From Callorhinchus milii (taxonomy: Eukaryota): DNA of 64,000 bases. The notes under the pieces were generated by a model. The model was not told the DNA's origin and did not search any database. It saw only the letters and a list, made by a program, of their open reading frames with translations. Position 1 is the first letter of the stretch, and each line of letters opens with the position of its first letter. The stretch covers positions 102,054,001 through 102,118,000 of the forward strand of contig NW_024704743.1 in the NCBI RefSeq assembly GCF_018977255.1, given 5' to 3'. The translations under genes were made by a program, and so were the position numbers. Below are positions 1 to 12,843 of the stretch, one piece after another.

Positions 1-150
1 CATATCCGCTCTGCTCCATGTCCCCCGCCTGGTCCGCTCCACAATCGGCGGTCATGTCTTCAGCCTCTTTGCCACCACCTATTGGAACTCCACCATCGGC
101 CTCCTTTGCTTGGGTTGTCTAGATTGTCCAGTGCCTTGGGATGTCCTCCA
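1..150 (+). mobile_element. L2 LINE 3' fragment
   Basis: Similar to 58840-59125 (acaatcggcggtcatgtcttcagcctc...tggaactcc, then cagtgccttgggatgtcctcc tail). Confidence 0.75.
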
Positions 151-1380
151 TCTGTTTTGGGATGCCATACCAGAGGCAGGATTATTTCCAAACATTCATC
201 ACAATGAGAAATTGGAATCCTTGCTTTCAAGTTACATCTCAAACCATGCTGCATATAAAGGGTAATTCAATTACATAATCATTTAAATGAGTAACTGGAA
301 GGTAACAATTTTTTGCGGGTTCAATTCTTTATAAAGACACAATTTCTGATCACGCACCTGGAAAGGGTTCTTATATGGTGGATTCCTATAAGGCATAGCT
401 CAGAAAATTGTAGCAGGTTACAAGATCTGTCCTGCATGAAGAAATAAAAAGTACAATAAGGAGGATTCAGAGAAGGAAATATCTGTGGCATCAAAATGTG
501 TAGAGGTGACTCTTCCAGGAGTAGCTGTGGGCAAGGGGCAATTGAAATATTTTCAAGTGATTGCTTGTAATAGGTGACTGATTGAAAAATAGCACATGGA
601 GAGGCTTCACAAAGCATGTGAATCTCACTGCCAACAGCACTGGGACTGAGATGAATGTTGCAGTACTGACTGGAGTAACCATATTAATAATACAACACCA
701 TATAACTACAGCAAACTAGGTGACAATACTGAACCCAGAATTCAGATTGTAATTTGATCTTGCTGTTAAAAGATGTAATAAAGTGTTTTATTCATATTAA
801 ATCTTATTATTAACATAGCGATGCACCAAAATAGAAGCACTTCAAATTCCGAGATCGTAACCATCACTTTTCATCCCAAGTCCTTTTGCTGTAAACCAGG
901 ATAGTCCATGAATAGCAGATTCCAGATCTTACAACATTTCCTATTGTACTCTCTTATGGAATAGATTATGCTTTCAAAGGCTGTTATTTCTAAGCCCTGG
1001 CCCTTCATATGAATAAGGAAGGATCTTTGATTTGTAGTTGAATAGCATGTCATGTGGTATGGTTACGATTTTCTTTTTCTCTATGAATATCCAGCAAGTC
1101 TCGTGACCCAACTTATTATGGACCCTGGAGTCAAGCCTCAACAGCTGTTCCAGATGGTTTAATGTGGTCCTAATTGCAGAAATTGGTACACATTAATTTA
1201 CTGTTAATCTGCAAAACTTCTATGTTTCTCCAGCTGCACGCTCAGATATTATAGATACAGAAATGGATCCCAGAGCATTATGACTGCCTGTGGGACCATT
1301 AAATTGCATGCACTCCTTTTAAAAGCCAACCTTATTAGTGTCACTTGATGTTATTCAGTCTTAGAAAGTGATAGGAATTT

Positions 1381-1440
1381 GCCTGGGACGTCCTTCCGAC
1401 GTGAAAGGCGCTTTATAAATGGAATCTTGTTGTTGTTGTG
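1381..1440 (+). mobile_element. L2 3' tail only (stem-loop + (TTG)n)
   Basis: gggacgtccttccgacgtgaaaggcgctttataaatggaatcttgttgttg, nearly identical to 59110-59172. Confidence 0.85.
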
Positions 1441-1731
1441 TATGAGCAAACGGCCAGAGGCAACAATTTAGAGTTTGTGCAGTTTCATGGACACATTAAT
1501 AAACTTTTAAATAAATAATACCTAAGTTATTATTCATAAAGCAAATTATCTGGCACTGGGAGGATCAAACTATCTTGAAACAAATGTGTCAGATGTCAGC
1601 TTGACTCAGTTGGTAGCACACATACAATGTGTTTAGAAATACCACAGTTTTGTCTCAAGATTTATTTTAATCGTCATTGTGCAATACTTAAATTTTATGT
1701 TTGTATCATTCCACTATCCCAGCTTTTAGTT

Positions 1732-1976
1732 ACAAAAACAGAAGTCGCTGGGAACACTCAGCAGGTCAAGCAGCATCTATGGAGAAAGGAAAGTGGATCA
1801 ACGTTTCGGGTCCACGACCCTTCGTTAGAACCTGACTGTTCTGACAAAGGGTCGTGGATCTGAAAGGTTGACTCACTTTCCTTTCTCCATAGATGCTGCC
1901 TGACCCGCTGAGTGTTCCCAGCGACTTCTGTTTTTGTTTCAGATTTCCAGCATCTGCAGGATTTTGTGTTTTGAAG
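1732..1976. mobile_element. Palindromic Penelope-like-derived non-autonomous element with degenerate hammerhead motifs
   Basis: 100-bp inverted arms 1732-1831/1838-1937 around a 6-nt spacer; 13-bp direct repeat gcttttagttaca at 1722-1734 and 1977-1989; CTGANGA...GAAAC-like motif in each arm. Confidence 0.7.
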
Positions 1977-2061
1977 GCTTTTAGTTACATCATTTGATGG
2001 GAAAATGTATTTATTTCAAGATGGTCTGTCTATTCTTTTCCAGTGCCAGATTCAAAGGGTT

Positions 2062-2462
2062 AATAACAACAACAACAACAGGATTACATTTGTACAGCAT
2101 CTTTCACATCGGGAGGATGTCCCAAGGTGCTGGACACTGTACAGCATTTCAGACCAGAGCTGGTGTCAGGGAGGGAGAAGGGAGGGAAGGGATGGCATGG
2201 TCGAAGAGTAGGGTTTTGAGGTGAGACTTGAAGGAGGTTAAGGAGGGGGCGTGGCGGAGTGATTGGGGGATGGAATTCCAGAGGTGGGGGACAGAGTGGC
2301 TGAAGGCTCTCTCGCCAATGGTGGGGCGGGTGGGTCGAGGGTGGCGGCTGAGCGGAGGGAACAGGCGGGTTGATAGGGGTTAGGAGGTCACAGAGGTAGG
2401 GTGGGGTGAGGCCATGGAGGGCTTTGTAGGTGAGGACCAGGATCTTGAACTGGATCCTCTTT
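2062..2462 (-). mobile_element. L2 LINE 3' fragment
   Basis: Translates RIQFKILVLTYKALHGLTPPYLCDLL and WNSIPQSLRHAPSLTSFK; (TTG)n tail. Confidence 0.9.
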
Positions 2463-4197
2463 GTGAACATTTATTTATAATAATCCTTCCACTGAAATAG
2501 CAACTTTCCACATCAGGATGTCTCAAACCACTTCACAGTATTTCACTGTTAATTGTACTTACCAGGGCTCGCTATTTCCAAATCTTTTTCCAAATGGTAC
2601 AATTTAGGCTCCGGTACTGTTAATAGAAATCTGTAAAGCAGACTAACTGTATTTCTGTTAAAATCCCATCCTTAAGCTGCCACAAAATGTTTGTTTCAAG
2701 ATGACTCCGCTACAGTTGTGCAGAATGCCACGAATGTCATAGGGCATACACACCCTGAGCTTCAGGAAAACTCGTCACTTATAAATTATAAATCAAATGC
2801 CACCAGAAACTCTTCAAGCAATGGTATGACACCCTGACCTTACTTTTTTATATTTTGACAGGGGGTCCTTTCTCATTGTCAATGAATATAGAATTCTTTA
2901 CTGTTTGGAGTTAAACCTGCTGTCGCAAATGGGCAGTTTAAGCATTATGAAAGATCATCTTAGTCATAATTTTAATACAGTAAAATCCTGATAACTCAAC
3001 TTTGGTTTAACTTATCACTACCACTTAAATCATCATGCTGCCAATTATTTATTTGCATTTATTTATGTATTTATACTTTTACCTAACTAGCCACTCTGAA
3101 TAACTGAGCCTTTTTCTCTTGGAGTGATCGGGAGTTTACTATATTACAATTTGACCTTAACGTAATTGTTGTCCTACGTGAATGGTTTATTGCTGATTGT
3201 ATTTTCAGTTTCGAAGTATGTCTCTTCATTGATGGCAATGTTGATACTTCCTGTAGCAAATTGGCCATTCCTTCAAGACCCATCTCAAGACCCTCCTCTT
3301 CGACCGTGCTTTTGATCACCCTTCTCCCCCCTACCCTTAAAATAATCTTAAATTTTAAGAGAAAATGGTCTTACAGACTAATTGTGGGAAGAGTTTGGGC
3401 CCTTATGCTTTGGGGAATCTGTTCTTCCCACCTGAGAATGGTGCATTGTGCCATTAAGTGAATGACCAATTTTATTTGTAGGAGCATTGGCCAAGACACT
3501 GGTAGAAAATCCCTTTGTCTATCATAAGTGTAGAGGTCACATGAATACCAAACTTTTTTCCCATGTGCAGTCACTGCCACCTTTGTCAACAGGAATTTTA
3601 CTGACTGTCTTGAAAAATTCCATTGCTGAGAAACAAAGGTAACAATTATGAATGGATTTAGCCTCAGCCACCTTCTATGTTAATGAATTATAACACTGCA
3701 TGTTTAAATGTCTGACTCAATGACTCATTGGCCTTTTAGCTTTACCTTGCTGAATTTCTAAGTATCTATTTGAATGCACAGTACAAATCCATGCCTAAGA
3801 GGCTAAGTTTAAAAACATTGCAAATAAATACTGTGCATTTAACAATGCCAGTCCAGCAACCCACTGGTAACAGGATGCATTCAACTTGAGTTACTTCCTT
3901 GATCCACAAATTTAATATGCATTTTTGTTGCTGCAATATTTATAGTGTCAACGAATTGTGGAGCTGGAATTTGAACTAGCTGATGGTAAATTACAATATT
4001 TTCTGAGCTGTGACTTTGGTGGTCCTTCTGACTAAGTGGAGTACAAAACTAGTTCTTGGTTCATATTGGAGAGTAAATGATTCAAGTGAGGAACAGTGTG
4101 CATACCCATACAAATGTTGGAAAGCCCAAATCGTGAAATATTTATGCTGTTCACATTGAATCCCACTGGAACCCTTCCCCTGCCAGTTTGGTAAACA

Positions 4198-4545
4198 TAA
4201 TAATAATCCTTGCATTTGGTGCATCTATGTAATTGAAAATCTCAAAAGCACTTTACAGGATTTTTACTGCAGAGCGTAGTGATTGTGTATTTATATAAGT
4301 GAATACGACAGCCAATTTGCACACAGCATGACGTCCCACAACCAGCCATGAAGTGAATGACCAATTTTATTGGCCAGGACACTGGGAGAAAATCTGTTCT
4401 GTTTTTGAATAGTACCATGGGATCTTTGATGTCCTCCTGAAGAGGAAGATGGGACCTTGGTTTAATGTCTAATCCAAAGGATGGCACCTCTGATAATGCA
4501 GTGCTCATCCAGCATTTCACTGACGTTTCAGGCTTCAAGTTCAAA
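4198..4545 (-). mobile_element. Deu-domain SINE (SacSINE1/AmnSINE-like)
   Basis: Reverse strand reads gaggtgccatcc...ttaaaccaaggtcccatct...aagatcccatggtactatt...ctcccagtgtcctggccaa; L2-type tail. Confidence 0.75.
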
Positions 4546-4904
4546 TATATAGACTTATCAACTTATCGATTTGATAAGTATCACTTTTCCTAAATCACAA
4601 TTTCTGGCAAAGTTTTGCTTTGGGTTATTTATTCGATGAGAAACATCTGATAGGTCGAGTAACAAGGCGATTTTTGTTTTTAATAAGTGAAATTTGTAAC
4701 GCCAGCCTCACACGATTCTAGACACAAAACAAAATTCACAATATATAACATCTTTCAGTTTGTCAGTGCTGCATTTTCAAGCCCAGTGATAAACCTGATT
4801 CACTTTTTTTATTAGCTGAAGAATAAAGGACAAATGGATAAAGAAGAAAAAGAGAAAAACGGGAAGCAGCACATCTCTTGCACCCACATTCTCGACTTCT
4901 ACAG

Positions 4905-5080
4905 ACCATTGTCCCAAGAAGCAACTCTGCCCATCATTTCAATCCTCATCAGGCTTCGATGTCTCCTTGTTTCCTAACAGATTGATCTCAAGATCTGCAC
5001 TCTCACCCATAAATCGTTTCATACCCAAGTGCCTCCCTATCTCTGTGATCTTCTCCTATTCCACTACTCTGCATGTCCCC
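4905..5080 (+). mobile_element. Old L2 fragment
   Basis: gattgatctcaagatctgcactctcacccataaa...cctccctatctctgtgatct resembles L2 C-terminal region 58727-58800. Confidence 0.5.
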
Positions 5081-6041
5081 ACTATGAACAGAAGCAACCT
5101 TAGAGGCTAAAATGCTTTTTGCGAATCATTATCCTGTCGAAGAAAATTATACATTTAATTGGGGGAAATTGTTGCCCAAGGTTGATAAATCTCATTAGTG
5201 AACTCAGTCCAGCAGGTTACTGTGACAAACACTTTGTGGTCGCACTAATACCAACTGAGAGACCTCAAATGTGTGAGAGATCCTTCGAATGTTCGATTGC
5301 CACATTCAAAATAGCAAATTCGTAAGATGCATTGGTCAAAATTCACAATCCCATTATAACAATTGGCAATATTGTACTGAATTAAATAATTTAATGCATT
5401 AGCTTATTGTCACCAATGATTACTATTAACATTAGGTACAAAGTCATGAATGAAAATTGTAATTGTGTTGTGCATGTTCACTGAATGTGCAATACCTTTA
5501 CATCTACTTTCGCCTCCAGCGTTCTGTCCCTGGCAGAAACATCTTCTTACACTAAAAGCTGCTGATCAACAAATCAGATTAATGAGAACAAAAGTTGTCA
5601 GATATTCAAGATTTAGTGCCGTGGTGGGGGGAAAGATGGAAAGAAAATTAAGGGAATAGGCATGATGGAAGCTCATGTGGAGTAGTCAGTAGATCCCACA
5701 ATTGCGCTGTTTCCATTATGCATCATTCTGTGTAATTGAAATTGCCCATGATCCAACATCATTGTAATCAATGACAGGTCATTTGACTTGGTAAACAGAC
5801 CCATCACGAAGGTGCTAAGATAATTTCAGTAAATAATGTGATGGTCTTCCTCAACTAAGTTTTCCATGCTGCCTACATGAAGTGAATTGATATTGCCAGA
5901 ATTAAAGAATTGAAATTACAGTCACAGCCTTTAATGAAATAGGACTTTAAATATGATTTTAAATTTAAGCACCCCTCACCTCCTCATCCTACAGGAGCAA
6001 GCAAATTGATTATTGAACATACTGTACAACTGCTCAACAGC

Positions 6042-6535
6042 AATCCTTGCATTCGATTTTGTTTCATGTCAAACCATCTCAAAGCCTATTAGTTATTCTG
6101 TGAAGTGTAATGACATTGTATATGCAGATGAACACAGCAAGCAGCCAATTTGCACGCAGCAATGTGTCACAAGCAACTGTGAATTAAATGATCAGTTTTT
6201 TAAATGGGTGATTGTTAGCCAGGACAACAGGAGAAACTCCCTTCTCTGATCAAAATGTGCCATGGGATCGTTAAAGTCCACCTGGACACTTGGCTTAACA
6301 TCTCAGCTGAAGCATGGGAGCTCACAAAATCACAAGATGAATTTCAGATGTAGAAGGCCTTTGGCCCATTTGATTACATTGTTCTAGAATACCCACTTTA
6401 CCATTCTCCCATCACAGCATCAAGCTTCTTTCTAAATGAGTTCACAGTCCTGGCCGCAACTCCCCAACCTTCCACAATGCAGGTCTCCCCCAGCACTGTG
6501 TAGGATTGTCATCTTAAACTATGAGCTCAAAGTGC
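6042..6535 (-). mobile_element. Deu-domain SINE split by a CR1 3' stub (about 6330-6445)
   Basis: Tail, gtgccatgggatc and Deu segments are colinear with 22131-22556 and resume after the gaaggcctttggcccatt CR1-like insert. Confidence 0.55.
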
Positions 6536-8496
6536 TGATGTGTGATGGCATTGTGTGTATTTGCAGTCTTATTGTACTGAAGGCTGTGACTATGTTTTCA
6601 ATTATCTCAATGTCAGTAATCTATAAATTTTCAATTTTGGGGGGCTCAGGAACACTCTAAAATATTCACTTTGAAATTATCTGCTTTGGTTATGGAGAGA
6701 GTGAAGCAGCATTGGATGAATCACTTTGATTGCCTTCCAGAGCATTAATGCATGAGCTCACTTAATCCAATAGGGACAAATGGAATCAGTCAACAAGTTC
6801 AGAAGTCTCTTCCTGAAGGTTATTTCAACTGCACCAAGGATTATCCTATAGCCTCAAACAGTCTAGTTCCAAATAATGCATTATCGAGCTCTTTCTGAGT
6901 GTGGGTGAGGGGTGATTCTGTTTAAACTTATATTTTGAGTCTGATAGACTGAAGGCTGTTACTGTGGTTTGCCAGATATAAGGAGAATGGAGCTTTATAT
7001 GGAGATTTTGATAAGAACCATTTCTATCTGGTAATTTTCTGCTTGTTTTAGAAGGACCCAACACAATACAATTGGGTTGTAGGCTAGTAATAAATGTATC
7101 CCAATCTCTATCAATGAACTCAAGATCAAAAACATTAGTTAGGAACATGAAAAGGCTATTAGGGCCCAATAAACTCATTCTTTGATTATTGATTTCTTCC
7201 CCATTTTGCCCACATTCTTATTCCTTCCCTCATTCCAGAATCATTTTCTTTAGCCCTTTAACTATTTTAATTACTATAAATGCAAAATTGTAAGTATCTT
7301 CTTTAAAAAAACAAATCATGTAAAATCCTTATTTATCACTGCCTGAATTTAAGTTGGCCTAAGTTTCTCAATTGGTGCATTAATCTCAATCAATGCTCAA
7401 TGAATGAGCAATAAAATTGTTCACTCAATTCATGAATTGCTTATGGAACATTATGTGAAAATTGGCTGCTGATTTGCCCATAAGGTACACAGTCACTCGA
7501 CTTAACAGTAAATCCTGTGAAATGCTTTCAGACATCCTCCTCATCTGAAATATGCTATAATAATGTAAAGATTATTAGTATCTCAAGTATCACATAGTTC
7601 ACCTAAAAAATACAGTCACTACACTTTACAGTAAGTCATTTGAAGCGCTTTGAGGTGAAAAGCACTCTATCAAATCAGGATCATTATTATAATATATAGC
7701 AGTAAAAACAGAATGGATGCCTGTAGCTGATGAATGTCCACTAAATGAAATGTAGTCTAGCATGGTCTTATTCCACTGCTTCTCTATGTAGTTGCTAAAG
7801 ATTGTGTTCTATATGACGTATGTGACTAAAAGTATTCTAAACATGTCTATTCCTTGTACAAGTCTTGCACATGGAATGGAAATAAATAACATTTGTTATG
7901 ACAAGCTCCATAGCATGAGTTTTCTATTGAAGCTTATGTAATGAATGTCATCTTCAAAACCACGCAAATCGTTATGCAAGCCCAATTTATGGCTTTGTCA
8001 GCAATTCCATTAGAATCACAAGTCTTCAACACAAATTAAATTATTTGATTAAAGTGAAGCATAATTTACTCTCCTGCATGATGACTGTCTGCTACATCTA
8101 CTGATGTTCTAATCTAGCAGATAAGGCAGGCTTGGTGTGACAAGCCTTTATGCAGGAAAATGCTCTGCTTGGAATAATATATCCCATACAGTTCCTCATT
8201 ACCCAAAGGATAACTGTTTATTAATATAGTTTAACATGACAATTTCAATTACTGTTATTTTGCTATTTTGCACACACTGCATGAATGAAACAATAATAAT
8301 AATCCTTGCATTTGATAAAACACCTTATCACATCATTGAAACATCCCAAAGGAGAACTTCACAGAATTTATTGTAAAGTGTAGTGAACATTTATCTACAG
8401 ACATGCTTCACATTTAATGACAGCATCTAAATCAGGACACATTAGAATCAAATCTGAAAAATTCCTGGTTTGCATAGCTCCTTGTGAAGCTAACGA

Positions 8497-8940
8497 GAAC
8501 AATTTGCATTTATGTAGCGTCTTTTATGTGGGGTGGTATCTCAGAGAACTTATAATGGTATAGTTTGATGTTGAGCTGGTGAAGAGGAAGCTGACCATAG
8601 GAATGAGGAAAGTGTTCAGGTGCAATCTGGAGACGGGCAAAGAATCGGCAAGGTGGAGCGATTGAGAAAGGAAGTTCAGAGGTTCAGGGCATGACAGGCA
8701 TATATATTTTTAAGCTTTAAATTTAAAAATCCTATGAAAATCCCAGCATTGAGAGCTGAATAATAGTGAATGTATCAAAATACACGGGGGACTTGGTAGG
8801 ATTTTAGGAGGTCACAGAGGTAGGGTGGGGCACGATCTTAGCGGGATTTAAAAGTGAGACGACGATTTTTAACTCAATTCTCTGGGGGATGGAGGAGCCA
8901 GTGGAGCTTGGCAAGGATAGGTTCTCAGAGCTTGTTGTAG
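8497..8940 (-). mobile_element. Old L2 3' fragment
   Basis: aggaggtcacagaggtagggtgggg and gggatggaggagccagtggag match the L2 C-terminal region (HWLP motif) in antisense. Confidence 0.6.
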
Positions 8941-9536
8941 GAACTGTTATTGCAATGATTATGGTGGAATATTACCCAAATATTTCACATAATGGAGGAA
9001 AAATAGCCATATAATTATTAAAATACAACTTGTATTAATTGCAATTAATTATAATTAATTATAAGATATGTCATCTTTATTCATTGTTTTTGCAGTTTAA
9101 TGTCATTTGTGTTGAAGCTATTGATGTCTCTCCTGAAATTATTAAATGCTAAAGTTAATCAACTATCAAAAATATTGTGTGAGCAGAATAAAGAGGCAGT
9201 TATTGCCTTATTGGGCACCACTCCATTGCTTTCAGCTTATGTCTGTTCATAAGAATCTTACTGCAGCTCAGAGTGATTGTGAAAGTGGAAGTAATGTGTT
9301 TCCTACCCACTCAGTGAAAGTCTCACAGATAACTTATTCGTACAGCGATATTCTCCCCTTTATCTTATTTTCATGTCAAATACTATGAAAATCAAATGAC
9401 AATACTTTGAAAGGAAAATGTACTACTGCCTGGTAAAAACAACTAAATAAAACAGATTTTACTTACTTGAAGACATTTATTTATTTCCAATCCAATTCAG
9501 ATCAGGCAAAGCCTTTTGCTGAATTGCTTTCCTGTC

Positions 9537-10651
9537 TCATATCATAGAATCATAGAATTATACAGCACAGAAGGAGGCCATTCAGCCCATCGTGTCTGTA
9601 CTGGCTCTTTGAAAATAGCTATCCAATTCAATCCCACTCCCCCGCTCTCTCCCCATTGCCCTGCAAACTTGTCCTCCACAAATAATTATTTACTTCTCTC
9701 TTAAAAGTTATTATCGAATTGGCTTCCACCATCCTTTCAGGCAATGCATCCCAGATCTGAACAGTTCGTTCTGTGAAAAGGTTTCTCCTCACCTCCCCTC
9801 TGTTTTCCCCCAATTTTTTTTTTTGTACAGCAGGGTTGGGGCGTTCAACATAACCATTGTATCTTTCTGGCCTAATTCAAGCCCATTTTGCAACCATAAG
9901 CTGGTAAAGAGTCTCTTCTCATGCCATAATGGAGTATATGCCGAAGACACTCGATTGCAGGGGTTCGTTTCACGGTCTCCGCTGAATTCACTGATCTCAG
10001 CCAAGGTGCTGATTGAGGCTATAGCAGCTATACCTTGTCCTGTGGAGTCCTGTAGCTCAATGGTTAGAGCACTCGCCTTGCAAGCGAGACACTGGGTTCA
10101 ATTCCAGGCAGGGCGAAACCTTGGGCAAGTTTCATTACTCCACACTCCTAATAATAATCCCTCAAAAATAAAAAACAATAATAAATTGGTCATTTTCAAT
10201 CCATATATATTTGTGGGACACTGCTGTGCGCAATTAGCTGCAGGTGTTTGGCCCATGAATATACAGTGAATTCACTATCAGTATATTCTGTGATGCACTT
10301 TGAAACGTCGAGAAGACGAGAAATGCGCTATATCAAATGCAAGGATCATTATTATTATTATTACTACTATTACTTAACAACTATTTTAAATCAGTGTCCT
10401 TGGGTTACTGACCCACCCACCAGTGGAAATAGTTTCTCCTTGTTCACCCTATCGAATCCCTTCATAATTTTGAATACTTCTATTAAGTCTCCTCTTAACC
10501 TTCACTGCTCCAAGGAGAATAATTCTAGCTTCTCTAGCCTCTCCTGATAACTGAAATCCCTCATTCCTGGTATCATTCTGGTAAATCTCCTTTGCACCCT
10601 CTTCAATGTCTTGATATCCTTCCTAAAGTGTGGTGCCCAGAACTGAACACA
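9537..10651 (-). mobile_element. CR1 LINE 3' fragment, split by a composite insert at about 9808-10374
   Basis: (ATTCTATG)n tail read as tcatagaatcatagaa; sequence is continuous across the insert by comparison with 59195-59289 and 38515-39020. Confidence 0.85.
10042..10373 (+). mobile_element. tRNA-Ala-derived SINE, short form, full length
   Basis: A box tagctcaatgg, B box gttcaattcc, anticodon arm ctcgc-cttgcaa-gcgag, L2-type tail and (TTA)n. Confidence 0.9.
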
Positions 10652-11250
10652 GTAGGGAAGGTATTCAATTCATCTTGAAGGGAATTCTGCATTCATCTTA
10701 CAAGTAATAAAGACAAAGGATACCCGTGCAATGAATACATTTTGGAGGGCCTTCTGACCCTTACTAATTAAGCCTTCATTCACTTTAGTAATCGTCAGAA
10801 CAAAAAGCATTATCAAATGGCGATGATATAAAATAACTAGTGTGAATTAAACTGATTAAATGTGGTAGCATTTGTATTCTGTCTTCAAGCCGCTGCTAGT
10901 AATAATAATCCTTGCAGTTGGTATAGCGCCTTTCACGTCGGAAGGTATCTCAAAACACCTCACAGGTTTAATGTGTAATTCAAGTCAAAGAGATGGTATC
11001 AGCCTGTTGAGGCGGATGTTAAGGATGCCAGGCCACAATCCAAATGAGATGTGAGTTTTTGTGGTGCTCTTCCCGATACTACCCCAGCTAAAATTGATCA
11101 GTCACTTTTTAGCTAACATTGCTGTGTACAAATTGGCTGCCGGGTGCACCTGCAAAATATAGTCACAATACCTCGCAGAAAATCCCGTGAAGTGCCCTGT
11201 GATATTCTCCTGAACTGAAACGAGTTCTATTGAATACAAGGTATTATTAT

Positions 11251-11569
11251 AATAATAATAATAATCCTTGCATTTGATTTAGCGCTTTTCACGTCGGGAG
11301 GATGTCCCAAAGTGCTTCACAGAACACACTGTAAAGTGAATTGATTGTATATTTGTGGGCGAACGCGGCAGCCAATTGCGCACAGCAATGTCCCACAAAC
11401 AATCGTAGATTGAAAATGACCAATTTTATTATTGTTTTTGGTTTTGGAGGGATTATTATTAGGCGTGTGGAGTAAGGAAACTTGCCCAAGGTTTCGCCCT
11501 ACCTGGAATTGAACTCAGGTCTCTTGCTTGCAAAGCGAGTGCTCTAACCACTGAGCTACAGGACTCCAC
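11251..11569 (-). mobile_element. tRNA-Ala-derived SINE, short form, full length
   Basis: Near-identical to 12844-13168 and 53151-53468. Confidence 0.92.
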
Positions 11570-12462
11570 AATATTATAATATTATTATATTATACTCATG
11601 AGTAGGAATGTCAGTTGAGATATCTTATCCTTTTGGTCAACTTCAATTGTAGATTGCACTTTAAGAAGATGTTTCTGCAGGTGTGTTTGTCAAAAAACAG
11701 TGATGGATGGCACAGGTTACTTCATGTTAGCTGGAGTTCTTCATTCCCTACATCTTCAATGGAAGGCTGTCCATCTAGAACTTCAGCAAACAGTGAAGTG
11801 GGTTCTTTGAGTAACTTAGACACCGGCAGAATCAGTATGTTGTTCATCTGAGAGATATTGGAGTACATTTACTGTACACAGCATGTAGATTGCGAGCACT
11901 ACCTCCATGATATAGCTATGAGCATTCAAGTAACTCCAAACATTTTGCAGAAAGGTCTTGACTAATACATGTGTGCCAATTATTCTTTCTGCTGCCTCTA
12001 GCAAAATTGCATCACATCCATAAATACCATCTCATTGTTCTGTTGTTCAGGTAATTTAATCATGTGTGATATATCGTTTTGCCCACAAAATATACAGTCA
12101 ATTCGCTTTACAGTATATTCTGTGAAGCGATTTGAGATGTTGCAAAGACGTGATAAGGCGCTACATCAAATGCAAGCATTATTATTATTATTATATATCA
12201 AAAGAGACTATTTGCTCTGGACTTTTCTGGACTGAGATGTGCAGATGCTTTCTCAAAGCTCTAGCAGATCTTCAATATGGTTCATTTTTGAAGTTGGGAG
12301 TTTGAACAAAAACTCTTCCCTCCAGAATCCTCCGGAATGTCTAGGAAATTGTGAACTGGTATTCTGTAGCTTGTCATACATGTTAAACCATGTGCAATGG
12401 AACAATGTTATCAAAGGTCACATGGTTCGGGGATATTACTCCTACATTGTGAAGACTTCTCA

Positions 12463-12652
12463 TTGCATGAAAGGGTGGTGGAAGCTGATTTTTAAGAGAG
12501 AAGTAGATCATTATTTGGGAAGGCAAATTTGTAGGGCTATGGGGAAAGAGCGGGGGAGTGGGATTGAATTGGATAGTTATTTTCAAAGAGCTGGCACAGA
12601 CACCATGGGGCCAATGGCCTCCTTCTGTGCTGTGTAATTCTATGATTCCATG
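12463..12652 (+). mobile_element. CR1 3' stub
   Basis: aatggcctccttctgtgctgtgtaattctatgattccatg terminus. Confidence 0.85.
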
Positions 12653-12702
12653 TAGGCTGATATTTAGTTGGAGTAAATTTTTTGATAACGAGGAGCTGCT
12701 TT

Positions 12703-12774
12703 CAGCGCCTTGGGACGTCCTCCTGACGTGAAAGGCGCTTTATAAATGGAATCTTGTTGTTGTTGTTGTTGTTG
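12703..12774 (+). mobile_element. L2 3' tail only
   Basis: Matches 59104-59172 (cagcgccttgggacgtcctcctgacgtgaaaggcgct...(TTG)n). Confidence 0.9.
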
Positions 12775-12843
12775 CTTCTTGCTACACAAGTGTTGTAAGA
12801 GACCAATATTTAAATTTCAAAACAGCAATAACTGAAATGAAAG

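Noticed and set aside
10042..10120. SINE heads as functional tRNA-Ala genes
   Set aside because: No proper acceptor stem; they continue into a SINE body and are multicopy
9823..10269. 148-aa ORF
   Set aside because: TTG start in a T-run; the second half is SINE sequence
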